NCBI RefSeq assembly: GCF_052425735.1
Contig: NC_135765.1
Location: forward strand, 33,480,001 to 33,544,000
DNA from: Oculina patagonica
Lineage: Eukaryota
Direction of reading: 5' to 3'
Length of the DNA stretch: 64,000 nt
Shown here: in pieces, positions 11,879 through 24,600 of the stretch
How the letters are laid out: each line of letters starts with the position of its first letter
Position numbering within the stretch: position 1 is the first letter of the stretch
Position numbers and translations under genes: made by a program
The notes under the pieces: generated by a model
The model's input: the letters and a program-made list of their open reading frames with translations, nothing else
What the model was told of the DNA's origin: nothing
Database searches by the model: none

Positions 11879-12679
11879 AAAACAGCTTGTTTGGTTCTTA
11901 AGTCAACGTTAAAATGTTTCATTGCCGGGAGTGCATGCTGAAAAACCGAGTGGCGGCTTGGCTAAGCACTCTTCTCTTTCTAGATTTTAACAGTGTGTAA
12001 AGCGAAAAATGATGATATTGATTATCAAAGAATTAAGCTAAAACCAGAAATCATTCTAATTAACGTTAATAGTACTTCTTCAGATATATGCTTGAATATG
12101 AGTTATAAATATTTTTTTTTCCTCATGTAACAAGGATGAATAAAACTAACCAAAACAAGAGTTAGTTTATTGTTCGCACAACTGAAGCCTCCGTTTCGCT
12201 GAGTTTGTTCGGCCACCATGTTTGATATAACTGCCAAAAATAAACTTAACTTGGTGATGTTTACATAAAGAGTAATCTGGCTGCACAATTTTCACAAGTT
12301 GCACTTTATCAATTGAAATATTCTTTTTTTTTATCCAAGCAAAAAGTCAACATCATTAACAATACTTAAGTGTTGTCGGACTTGCATGTAAATGTGGTTA
12401 TAGCTTGCTGTTATTATTGGACCGGCCAAATAGAATAACTGAACAAAGATTATTTGTTTCCTAATGTTACTTGTTTAATGTCTTTCTGATCACAAATATC
12501 CATCGCATGCTACCTCAATGTAAATTGGGCCACTTGTAAACAATTTGTAACTGCTTTACTTACCTATCATAGATTTCGTTTCATTCTGATTTAATTTGTT
12601 GTAAAAGACAAAAATCCTGTATGTTATCCACTAGCAAGTAATCGTTTACTAAAAGCCCTAAAAACGTCAAACTTATGAA

Positions 12680-12728
12680 TGGTTTTTTATATTAGAAGTC
12701 ACTATATCGGACAAAACAAACACTTGAA
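12680..12728 (-). promoter_or_regulatory. Conserved intronic NK/forkhead element, orphan psi1 copy
   Basis: CAAAACAAACACTTGAA at 12712-12728, read TTCAAGTGTTTGTTTTG on the minus strand; flanks align with the gene D copy. Confidence 0.65.
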
Positions 12729-14158
12729 AACGTCTATTAAAGCCGACATGTACAGAGCAATGCTTTATGATTAGTACTATTAATAGTATTAATAGACCGC
12801 TTGACGACAAAACACGCCCTGCTATAAAACATAGTCTTTTTTCGCCGTTATTTATAACCTACAGTTTATATCAACATTTTAAATGACTCTTGCAATTTTG
12901 AAACATCGTTAAGCAGATAGTTGGTGACTATAAAATTAAGAAAACATCAACTGAGCTGGTACTGTTTTAAAGTTCCACCAAACTCTCAGAAATTAAATTG
13001 AAAAGCATATTTGGCAATTTATCAGGAGAATTGAAACTTTAAGGTTTGGGTGAACCCACAATTGAGCTATTTTTGAAGCTAACTACATACGTCTATTGTT
13101 CAAAGTCACGGTTGCGAGTTGATATTGCGAAGCGGGCATAAGGTGTCGCCAACGCTAACTAGTTTGATTATACAAAATGGACCACACCCAACCACAAAAC
13201 AACTCAACTGAAGCACGGAACAAAAGCACTTTGCAAGCCAACTGATATCATATACAAAGCTAAAATAACATTAAGGCAATTAGCATATTTCTTTCGATGT
13301 TTTTTTTCCGCTATCTCGACCTCTTTAAAGCGTTTTCTAAACCCACGGAGCAATTGACGTCAACGATCGTAATTTGAACACAAGAGTGTATTTTTAAAGT
13401 AAAAGAATTCAATTATAAAGCTGTGTTCTGTTGGTACAAAACAGGTTTGATGTTTTGGTTTTCTTCCTCTTTTAAAAACTGTTTTCTTCTTAATCCTGAC
13501 TCTTCCCTGGGAAAATAGGGCCATTGTTGATCAACATTTCTGTAGAAACACTTACTTTGGTTGAAACGGTTAAGAGACAACAGTAACTGCTTCCAACCAT
13601 TTCATTAAATTGAACAAAATGATCAAACATTAATTAACCCATATAGTACATGCCCTTAGTAGAAAGTCCGCAGTTGTATATAATACTAATCTCTTGATAT
13701 ATATTCATCATCACTCAAATAAGCTCTGTGTACGAATTTGATTAAAAATTACCCAGTCTTGGAGTCTTCTTTACAAATTATTGTGGCGGGTCCTTGTTTG
13801 GTCCACAACTCATTATATTTACGCAATCGCACCCTTAACTTCTGAGCTTCATTTCCTTTACAGACATTACTAACCCAGGGGTGACTTGTCAGCGAGCAAT
13901 ATCTAATTAAACGACTTCTTCCATAAGTTTTCTATAAAATTCTTTAAGGCTTGACTTGCGAGCATAAAGCCGGTAAAAGGGTTAGAGAAAAACAACAAGG
14001 CTGATATAGATTCTCTCCACTAAAAATGGTGAATTTGGTTTTGAGCTTAGTCAGGGTGAACACTTGCGTTATTATTTTTTTTTTTTTTGCAGCCAAGGAT
14101 ACGGTCGAGTCTTCTATCCAAGTCACGGTCGTGAGTCGATATTGTAAGGTGAGCATAA

Positions 14159-14342
14159 AGGTGGATTACCACTGACGCGTAATTTTTTTACGTGCGTTAA
14201 CGTGCGTGAAAAAATTTACGAACAATGTATGAGCGACGTGCGTAAACGTTTTCGCACGTCGTTCATAAATTGTCACTAAATTTTTTCACGCGTTACAGGC
14301 GCACGTAAAAAATAATTATTACGCGTCAGTGGAAATCCACGT
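14159..14342. mobile_element. Palindromic Harbinger/Tourist-like MITE inserted in repeat unit 2
   Basis: TIR AGGTGGATTACCACTGACGCGTAA; TAA TSD; absent from the other three units, which show the empty site. Confidence 0.85.
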
Positions 14343-15420
14343 TAATTTGTCGCTGCGTAAGTTTGATCAGATAATACAAAATGGGCCACACCCAGCTACA
14401 AAACAACTAAAGCACGGAACAAAAGCACTTTGTAAGCCAACTAATATCATATACAAAGCTAAAATAACACTAGGACAATAAGGATATTTCCTGCGATATT
14501 TTTTCCGCGGTCTCGACCTCTTTAAACCTTTTTTCGTAGCCCACACAGCAATTGACGTCAACGATCCAGTAATTTGAACCACACAAGGGCTAGTTTAACA
14601 AAAACAAAAGTGTTTCAAAGTAAAAAGTTACAGTTATAAAGCTGTGTTCTGTTGGAACAAAACAGGTTTGATGTTTTGTTTTTCTTCCTCTGTTGAAAAC
14701 TGTTTTACACTTACTTAATTTGTTGATCATTATCTCAGCAGCCAACGAGCCCTAACTTTGGTTGAAACGGTTAAAAGGACGACAGTAACTGCTTTCAACC
14801 ATTTTATTAAATTGAAAGAGAATTGAATCAGATAATCAAACATCGAAAAATCGATTTATAGAACATACCCTAGGTAGACAGTCCGCAGTTTTATATAATA
14901 CCAATCTCTTGATTTATATTTATCAGACTCAAATAAGCTCCGCGTACAAATGTACTTGAAAATTTCTTTTTGAAGTCTCCTTTACTCACTGTGCAAGTGA
15001 ATCGCTGCAATTTTTTGTGGCCAGTCTTAGTTTGGTCTACAACTCATTGTATTTACGCAATCGCACTCTTAGCTCCTAAGCTTCATTTCCTTTACAGACA
15101 GCTGATCGAGGAGTGATTTGTCAAGGAGTTATATCTAATTAAACGAATTCCTTCATAAGTTTTATAGAAAAACCTTAAAAATTGACCTGTAAGCAGACAC
15201 CTGGTAGAAAGCATAGGAAACACACATCAACAAGGCTGATATTGTCTCGAATGCACCATCATGTTCTCGCATCTAACATCAAAAGAAATGTATGACACTT
15301 GTCACTTGTGTATAGCCGGCCAGGGTGAACAGTTAAGCTATTTTTGTAGCTAAGGATACAGGTCTTTTGTTCAAAGTCACGGTTGTGAGATGATATTGTA
15401 AGGAGGGCATAAGGTGTCGC

Positions 15421-15645
15421 TATAAGCTCCAATCTTTTGGGTGGTCAACCCTTGTTGAATTACATGATTTTTTTATATTTTTAATCATGTTAATTATATT
15501 ATCTATAGTAGCTAGCATTTTTATATTGTATATATTTTAATTAATTTAGATTTTAGTTTTTAATTTCGTGAAATAACTGTAAACTAGCCGTAAAGCTAAG
15601 ATTATTTCACGCTAATAAAGTATCTATCTATCATCTATCTATAGA
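15421..15645 (+). mobile_element. Short LINE 3'-end fragment inserted in repeat unit 3
   Basis: Interrupts the unit; ends in AATAAAG followed by a (TATC)n tail. Confidence 0.55.
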
Positions 15646-16807
15646 CCACACCTAGCTACGACTGAAGCGCAGAACAAAAGCACTCCGTAAGGCGAGTGAT
15701 ATCATAATACAATGCAAAAATAACACTTAGACAATTAGCACATTTCCTGCGTCGTTTTTTTCCCGTGATCTCGACCTTTCAAAACCCACCCAGTGACTGA
15801 AGCTCATAGCCTGCAAAAAAATAAACTGGGTTATAACCGAGAATAATATGTTCCCAGTTATAATGGATGATGCATTAAAATTTCAGCGAGTATAAAAGTT
15901 ACTGTTATAAAGCTGTGTTCTGTTGGTACAAAACAGGTCGATGCATTATTTTTATTTATTATTTTTCTATTGAAAACTGTTTTTCAATGATTTTCCTGAT
16001 CAACTTTTCAGGAACCAGCGGGCCCTGAATCCAGTTGAAACAGGGACGGTATAACTCGCTTCAAACTATTTCAACAAAATGAAACATACTTAAACCAAAT
16101 AAACCAAAGTTTGTTTTAAAAGCTTGGACTATATCAGTCCCTTTAATTATGACATGACAAGGAGTTGTAAATCAGTGATGCACATTTGTTGATTTGCATC
16201 ATGATAAGCTTCAGTTGGTGTTCGAGTTGAAAAACAAAACTCATCTTGGAATCTTCTTTACTTACAAAGCTACAAAGTATTTTAGCCATGCAGTCTCAAT
16301 GTATTTAATATGCAATCTCACACTTAGCGACCTTCTTAGCTTCATTTCCATTACAGACAGTTAATTGCGGAGCTGTTAAGCTATTTTTGTAGCTAACTAT
16401 ACGAGTCTATTGTTCAAAATCACCGTAATGAGTTGATATTGTGAGGAGGGCATGAGGTCTCGCCAACGCTAAGTTGGATTAAACAGCCGGATAACACACC
16501 ACACCCAACCGCAAAAAAACCACAGAACAAAAGCACTCTGTAATACAAATCAAAAATATTTGCATATTCCCTGCGAGTTTTTCCGCAAAGTCGATCTCTT
16601 TAAAACTTTTCTTAAACCCACTCAGCAACTGACGTACTAACCTGCAAAACAATGATCCAATCACTGTATTTATTTTCATTTATTTATTGTAACCTCACGA
16701 ACTAAATTAAAAATGGTAAGAATTCAACGAGAGCAATTACGTATCTATTTTGCGTCTTTTGTTGAGCACTCTTTCCCGTCGATTTTGAATTGCTGAACAA
16801 GTAATAA

Positions 16808-17045
16808 TAGAGAGGTTAAGCATGACGTTAACGGCAGACGGCAAACGGCAAAGATGACTTCTGATTTTAAGTTCTTTTCTTCTAATCGGTAAATAAAGCA
16901 CACAAAAATGGAATAACGTCTCCTACTATTCATTGCAAATACAAATAATTTCACTCTTCTGTACATGGCACAACTGAAGAGAGACGGCAGAAGTTTCATT
17001 TTTGCCGTTTGCCGTTTGCCGTAAACGTCATGCTTAACCTCTCTA
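16808..17045. mobile_element. MITE
   Basis: TIRs TAGAGAGGTTAAGCATGACGTT..ACGGCA / TGCCGTAAACGTCATGCTTAACCTCTCTA. Confidence 0.85.
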
Positions 17046-17728
17046 ATAACATTTATTTCACCTCGGGTTGATGGGGCTGAACAGGCCCCAAGCAAAAATT
17101 GCTTATGTACCGAGAAAAAAAGGCAAAAAAAAAAAGGAAAATACACAAAGTTATGAAACTGTTAATAATCATACCTCAAAAAACATTAGCAGACGTGCGA
17201 TGCAGTGAAGGACAACTACTGACGTACTGCCTTCTTTATGCCTTTATTGACGTCAACGTCTGCATGTGTCAGGGATCGAGTTCCACGCCTTAGCAGCAGT
17301 ATATGAAGTGTGTTTACTTTGGGATGACCAACTTATTCATCCCTCGCAAGTACTTTACATTGTCCCTGATGCTTAACAAATTTCTAAGGTATTCATGTGC
17401 GGAACCGTTCATTGCCTTAAATACTAAGCATATCTTGTATGCAGCGGTCTTCTAGAGTATAGCCAATGCGATTGGCCAGACAATCAAACAATCTTTTTCT
17501 TAAAGGTTGAACCATCATGATCAGTCCCGATAGAACACGGCCTATGTGTCGATAATGTTCCCGCTACTTTTAATTCAATTCGTATTCTTGACTCGAATTG
17601 TTTTTCTCACTGGTCATAAAAATTTAAAACATAATTGCTGCCTACCGCTGATTACCACACATCTACATTTATTTTAACGTTACAGTCGAATACCGACTTT
17701 TCAAACCTCCAAGGGAAACGAAAATTAA

Positions 17729-17898
17729 ATTGCTGGGTTGCAGCTGACGTCAGGGCGGCCATGCCGGTGGACAAGAACAAAGCATTTCCCTCCGCTGGGA
17801 ACTAAACTCTTTTCTGATCATGCAGATTCTGCGAGAAGATTTTTTATTGTTTTGACCACCAACATGGCCGCCTTGTCATGTGGGTGCAATCCAGCAAT
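17729..17898. mobile_element. MITE
   Basis: TIRs ATTGCTGGGTTGCA / TGCAATCCAGCAAT; internal GGCGGCCATG / CATGGCCGCC. Confidence 0.7.
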
Positions 17899-17907
17899 TG
17901 GCCATGT

Positions 17908-18291
17908 TCAAAACGAGCAGGGGACTGGGTACGAATATTCAATATCGATTGCACTGAAAAACTGGGCCCATCATCTGAAAGAGCATCCAAAAATTAGTAA
18001 CGCAACCAAATTTGAGAGTTATTGGTTTAAACGCAAAGGCATGGAACTCTTTTAAAAATCGTTAAAATAAGAGAGCTTAGTATGGCTGGATGGACAGCTG
18101 TCCCTCCAATCCATACTAAGCTCTCTTATTTTAGCAATTTCTAAAAGTGAACCATACCTATGCGTTTAAACCAATAACTCTCAAATTTGGTTGAGTTACT
18201 AATTTTTGGATGCTCTTTCAGATGACGGGCCCAGTTTTTCAGTGCAATCGATATTGAATATTCGTACCCAGTCCCTGCTTGCTCGTTTTGA
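17908..18291. mobile_element. Foldback element: near-perfect palindrome of about 380 bp
   Basis: Arms of about 190 bp are reverse complements; centre GGACAGCTGTCC at about 18097, with no spacer. Confidence 0.85.
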
Positions 18292-19739
18292 GTATGGGAG
18301 CTGAAATTGGGGGTTGAAAGGAAATCTAGGGTGTCTCGGGAGAGGTGAAATCGGGATTGCACTGCATTTTGGAGAAATTGTTGGTTTATCAAACCATGTA
18401 GCTCCTGTTGCAAGTTGGCGAGTGTTCATCCTTTTATCGCCACTGTCCCTGACAATAAAGTGATAAAGTAAATGTATAATAGTGGCTCGCAGTTTGTTAG
18501 CTCTGTGTATGTGTCTAGATAGAACATGCATATGGTCAAATTTAGCAGAAAAAAGAATGAAGAGAATTATTTACACTATTCGCATGAATCATTTTTCGTT
18601 GAAGGATAGTTAAGGGGGCAGTGAGTCAGTCACCCAGAGCAGCCAAACCCGATAGCTAGAAAAAATTATTCTCGGAAATCTACAAAATAAAAGTAAAAAG
18701 AAAAACATACAAGGCAAAGCATACTTTTAACAAAATTTATGTTCTCTTCATATTTCAGTCAATAATCATTTCTTAAACTTTGGGCGATTCCTGGTTTTAA
18801 TACATGTTATACTTCATCACCGACCAGCACAACCCTTTCCAAAAGATTTCCTATCCGTCTGTGGGCTTCATCAACGTTTCTTTGTGCTTTATATTATTTG
18901 TGGAGTCGTAGCCACTTGGAAAGATAGGGATTGCCATGCTAATTAAATTACAGAGGAAACTTAAACTGAGAGTAGGTCAGTAAACCCTCTCTAGCAACTG
19001 AACATAACAAACCTCGACTGACAAGAACCTCCAAGTTATGGTTTTAAATAAATACACAAAAAACACGATCGAAAAGCTGGCAAGGGAAATCGTCGAATTG
19101 TTCAGATGTTGAAAATTAGACAAGCTTGGAACGTATGGCTTGACAAAAGTTTTGACTGCTATAATTTGAAAGGCCGCGGAAATTTGGGAAATATAGTTAT
19201 ATGCGTCTGAATTTTCAGATATACAAATTATAAAGGCCTATAATGGCTATGATACTCATATACTCTTTTCTTGGTAACTTTATGATTTTATTGATGAATA
19301 TAGCAGCCTTATGTTCGTTAAGCAACTGAATATAAGCACAGCATGTCGTAACCAAACCCAGTTTAGACTCCGTATCTAGCCTCTATCTACGCAATCATGG
19401 TACTCTTAGCGACTTCCTGAGCTTCCTGAGCCTCGTTTCCTATACAGACAACTTATTGAGGAGTGACTTGTAGACTTGTCTACGAGCAATATTTGAATGA
19501 CTTCTTTGATACAAAAGTTACATTGTCTACAAGGAAATGACTCCTTGTAAAATTGACAAGCATAATAATAATTTAGGAGTGGCTGCTTTTAGCTACGGAA
19601 TAAAACTTTGTCCGGCAACATGTGGTTCCGGCTCTCACCAAACTCACTTAAACACACTTCCACTAAAAGTACCTGAGCCCAAAAATGGGAAAAGCAGTCC
19701 CAAACTATTGAGAGCTATTAAAGAACAAATAGCACTTTG

Positions 19740-20100
19740 TGAAAGTGCAAATAAGTAGTTTTCATTTGAATGGTCAGAAATAAGGGTATCATCCACAGAC
19801 TTAAAAGTAAGAACTTATTTGTACAGCAAAATAAACAGTACCACATGAAAGTACTGCTCAAAGCGATGGCCGCACTAGGGTTTTATCCATAGACTTTAAA
19901 GTTAAAATTTTATTCGTACCGAAAATAAACATTGTCATATGAAGGTACTGACAGGCTAATGGTCCCCATTAGATTTCTATTCACAAGCTAAAAAGTTTAT
20001 TTATTTACTTCCACCGTATTCAGCATAAAATAAACAGTGCCACGTAAAAGTATTGTTCGGTAGCATTTGCATCACCCACACTAAGGTCATCACAACTAAA
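19740..20100. repeat. Dispersed tandem repeat family (unit about 100 bp); also at 37180-37650 and 53115-53180
   Basis: Recurring variants of AAACAGTACCACATGAAAGTACTGCTC..TTTCATTTGAATGGTCA..CTAGGGTTT..ATCCACAGA. Confidence 0.75.
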
Positions 20101-20759
20101 GACATAGAATTTTGTTTTTTTGGTTAGTAAAACTCAGGGTTTCCTCCTAAGAAGGCTTGGAAATAGGCCTTTTGTGTTATCAACCGATTTTAAAACCGTT
20201 CGTCTTCTTTCTTTATTTTGTACATCTTTTCGCTGATTAATTTCCACTGAAATATGTTGTTACATCAAAATAAACAATATCCCTAATGCGTCATAAATGT
20301 AACAGACTTGCCATGTTTATAATGAGTTCTGAGTAGCAGCCTAGAATATTTATATAAAAAGACATTAAAATAAATATAAGAGCCGATCTGTCGCGCGATG
20401 AAGATATTAAAACAACTGGATTGTTTCAATATTTGATAATTAATCTGCTCGATTAAGCTATATGTCACGATACGTTACTGAATTCACGCATGTTTTGTTA
20501 TCGACGGAAACCCCCGGGCCCAAAATAATTGTTTACTGAGGTATAAAAATGCCATAGGTAATAATAGGGCGAACCAAGAAGTTGAAAAACTTTTACTAAT
20601 TTGTGCCACAATTTTAATTGCAGTTGAACGTGTGATTCCAGTTGACCGCATATATTTTGTAAAACAACTTTATTTGGTATAAATGCCATGTTGAATAGGC
20701 AAAGGTCATTTTGTAAAGTGACACAAGCTTAGTCATGCGCGAGACACCCAGGATTAGAA

Positions 20760-20810
20760 AAGCGATATTTTTGGTGAAATCAACATGACTGACGTCACCG
20801 GAAGTACGTT
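20760..20810 (+). promoter_or_regulatory. Upstream CRE+ETS composite element of gene B
   Basis: TGACGTCA (20790-20797) directly followed by CCGGAAGT (20798-20805); paralogous elements at about the same distance upstream of C and D. Confidence 0.65.
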
Positions 20811-21454
20811 TAACGGGCTTACAATTGGGAAGCGGAGGATACCCTTAATTATCGACAAGTAGAATGGGTTAATTTATACTTTAAGCTGTTAAAAGATTGA
20901 TCGTGTAGTTGGCGCCGGCGGTGTATACATTTCCTACGATTGTTTTTCATCAACGTTTTAAATTGCAATCGGTCAAATGCATTCAGGGGTTTACCCTCCG
21001 AGTTGAGTCATCTGAGCATGTCTAAATATAAACGTGTTTCGTCGCTTAATTGGGTGTCGATTTCCCAGTAGTACATATCTGCTTAATCTAAACTGTAACA
21101 GAATGCATACAATACAGGCCCACGTAGATTCAGGGGGAAAAATTTAACATAACTTTTATTTTAATGAAACAATGTACTAGATGATTGAATGTTTAATCCT
21201 AACTGAGTCTTAGATGAAGTCATTTCTTTATTCAAACCACGGTGATTGGAAATAGGAAATCATAAGGAAATCCTTCTTGGCATATTCGGTTTTGTGGTTT
21301 TACATCAGTTTTCGAAAGTGAAATCGAACTTATCACGGAAAATCAAAACAATATGAACTTTGAGTTAACTTCTCGAGCTGTCATGTAACGTAAAATTACG
21401 AGCTTCGCTTTAATATCAAAGTTGCCTTTTATAGACTCCTTATCCAATATCAAT

Positions 21455-21654
21455 AAGTAAACAATATCTCTGTGTGTTCCTAAAATAGCTCAGCCCTTGA
21501 ACACGCGGGTCCCGACAGGTATTGAGGGCGGGAACTTGGGAAATACGCGTGACCACAAAAATTGTGTATTTAACGAAAAGACAATTTCACTTTCGACAGA
21601 CGAGCTGACGGGTCGACCGTTGAATAACATAAGGTCACTGCAATTGCTTTTCCA
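21455..21654 (+). promoter_or_regulatory. Proximal promoter/5'UTR of gene B, alignable with C and D
   Basis: GTAAACAA, TGTTCCTAAAATAG, GGGCGG, TGTGTATTTAACGAAA..TTTCACTTT and TAAGGTCAC blocks, most of them shared with C (35346-35520) and D (44572-44770). Confidence 0.6.
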
Positions 21655-24600
21655 ATGGAGTTTCACCAGCGCAAAGTTAATCTATCTTTTTCAATTGAGA
21701 ATATTCTTCGAGACGATTTTCCACACCGGCAAAGAGCAAATTTGCCAAAGTTACAAGAGTCGGGTTTGGAAAGGTGGAGCAAGACACCATATTACCGATG
21801 CTATACGGTTCGCTACAGCCCTATTTTTATTAAAAGTCTGCCCAGTATGTACAAAGTTGAGGGAAAATTGCATCGAGTAAGTGAAGGAAAAGATGGTCAA
21901 ATTCTACATGAGCAGCAGAAAAAGATTGAAGACGACCGCCTAAGCTGCAAGGACGAAGCACTCCAACTGAGAGACGGTATGTGTTCAATAATAATTTTCA
22001 AAATTTACTCAATCGTATCGTTATTCGGATTTAAAAAAATTGAATAAAATTATGATCTTTCGAGACAAAACTTCAAATAACGCCAAATTTAGCGCTTACC
22101 TTGCAGTTAGAATTGTAAAATATTTATAAATTATTGGCCGTTTATGCCATAACATGTTTTTTTAGCACTCCTTGCGTGGGTTGAGTTAAACATTGCCACG
22201 CAATTAGTTCTAATTTGTTTTAGCTTGGTGGTTGCATGAATTTTAGGGATGACAGAATTGTAAACTATCTATTGTTTTTAGAGGGTTTCACCTTCATGCC
22301 CAAACTTGCGTTTTTAAGGCACGTACGCGGAAATTTTACCCTATCAAGTTGAAAAACTTCCAAATATCATCTATTATGCTAACTTTGTCACTGGGAGGCT
22401 TAAAAAAACACATTTCCGTTAAAAAAAATTATTTTGCTGCTGTGTAATAATACTTAAAACAAAAGGAAGTATAGGGAAATCGAAAAGGTTCAAATTATCT
22501 GGAGTTCGAGTGTCGAGGGTAAAATTAGTAATAAATTGACCTGAACGGGAATCGAAAAAGGTTTGAGTTACTGAGGGTTCGAGTTATCGGGATTCAATTG
22601 TAGTTAAGTTTACATTCGTAGAGAGAGTTTTTTTTTTCTTCCAACTATTTCCTTGTAAAAAATTCGGGCTATTTGCAAATGGCCGTTTAAACTCAGAAGG
22701 ATATGTTGCGTTGAGTGCCAGATTGCAAGGGTCACTTTATAATTAGATAATGCTAATAGTTTAACCGAATGCGGAAAATATCTCTTTACAACCAAATAAG
22801 CTCACCTATAAATACTTTCAGGCATTATGGTTGTACAGGGTTAAGTATTATCCGAGTACTTAGGTCGGGGTATTGATGTTTAACTCGCTCTTTAATCAAA
22901 TTGATCGCATTTTTTCGTTGACTAGACACGCAAGGAAATTATAGTTTAAATTCTTTGCAAGGAAAACTGACTGCTAGTGATAAAATGTGTCCGGGGCACA
23001 AATCCATGAGTTTAGTGTATTTCTATAAAACAAGAAAATCATAAAACAGTTAAGACTGTACTTGTCGATGAAAAATACATACAGCTGAGAAATAATGGTA
23101 ACAAATATTAAAATTCCTTAAACTTATAACTTCATTGCTGTTTAAGTGAAGAGGAAACAGCATTATTTTTGGAAATAAAATTTAGCTTTCTGGTCGAGGA
23201 TCGAGAATTTTCCGGCATGTTAGTTCCTATACTTAAGAACTTGAATATAGTCCAGAAAGGATTGAAAATAAGCCTAGATTTTCCTGTCAAGTTATGTCCC
23301 TTGTTTACGATAGCAATTTTGTCAATTTTGGTTTCGTGAGTGTCTCAGTTGTTTATCTAATACATAAGGGTCGTTTTTGGCGACAACAGATATCTGCCTG
23401 CGTTCATTACAATATCAGCTGGGAAACAATACGTGACCCTATGGCAACAAACCAGTATTTTGTACTTAAATATTGGTCATCGAGTATTCTTCTTCACTTT
23501 TTGCGTTTATAAAGCCAACAATTTGGCAATAAAAATTACGTTCAGGAGTACAAAAACTTGGCCATTGAAAGCGTATCAGAATGAGAAAGACTACCTGCTA
23601 TATTTGAAAGTTCAACTGAATACACCCATTATGTATGGGAGGGTTTTGTTATTACGTGTTTCGGTTTGATCAACAAGGGCTTTAAGTGTTTGTTTGGCTA
23701 AATAGCGGCCTTTGAGAACTCATTTATCCGTTTTGGCAATATATATGATCTTCAAACTGATGAATGCGTGATAGGGACGTGCTAAATTACGCGTCCTCGT
23801 TGAGCACTTTAATAGGTCTTTTTGAAATGCATTCAACTGTAATAAGCTAAGAAGTGAAATCCACTTTAAAATTATTTATATCATGCACCTAATTCTGTGT
23901 AAACTGTACTAACTATAATTAACTTTTAAAACAATAAGTACTACAGAAAGTGAATTATTTTGAACATTTGCATGTTCACCTAATTGCTTAAAGGATCGAA
24001 CCTTTCTTAAAGTAATATGCCAGCCATTGTATTTCTTAGTTCAAAATAAGCCGTTAAATATAAGTGGAATATGATCATGACTTAGCTATTCCCAGTCGAT
24101 AATTTTGTCAAATACTGAATAGTATCAGTTCCCTAACACTGATGAAGGACTTGCCTTTACAAACTGGTGTAGCTTTCATTTGACTCAATTTATTTTGAAG
24201 ACATGCACTTAAAAAACTAATCATGCAAATCCATACTATGAGTTAATTTGCCATACAAACTTGTGTGAAAAAAGAGTGCTAGCATTTTCTAGTATTAAAC
24301 TCTTGTTAGTTCGACTTTTTTTAGTATATTTGGAAGAAAAGACTTTACTGAATTGTAAACATTTTTCTGGCTGTCGGCTTAAAAATAGTTTTCAAATCAT
24401 TTAGTTTGATACAAATATTTAGGTTTACTTCTCGTTGAATTTGTTCAGTCCTGTAAATTTACAAATTTACCAAAAAACTTACAAAATTTACAAAACATTT
24501 TCAAAATTCCGGCCCTTATTCACTTTCGTGACACATTTGTTTGTCAGGACTGTACAAGGAATTTCATGTGGGCTAGCCACGATAAGGTATTGAACTACGA

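Larger units (their letters stand above)
13065..16660 (-). repeat. Four tandem units of about 1.0-1.25 kb derived from the NK-like gene intron (psi1 intron expansion); the tail of the last unit resumes at about 19380-19510
   Basis: Unit starts at about 13065, 14085, 15336 and 16378. Each has TCAAAGTCACGG..GATATTG..AGGTGTCGCC..ACTGAAGCACGGAACAAAAGCACT or a close variant, homologous to C intron 33935-34075 and the reverse complement of A intron 8225-8370. Confidence 0.8.

Noticed and set aside
17738-18531. Pair of opposite-strand ORFs sharing GTGYEYSISIALKNW
   Set aside because: Artefact of the palindrome; no protein features.
18700-18920. Minus-strand fragment faintly resembling a small GTPase start (VVLVGDE after a frameshift)
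   Set aside because: No GKT/S motif, several stops, too short to support.
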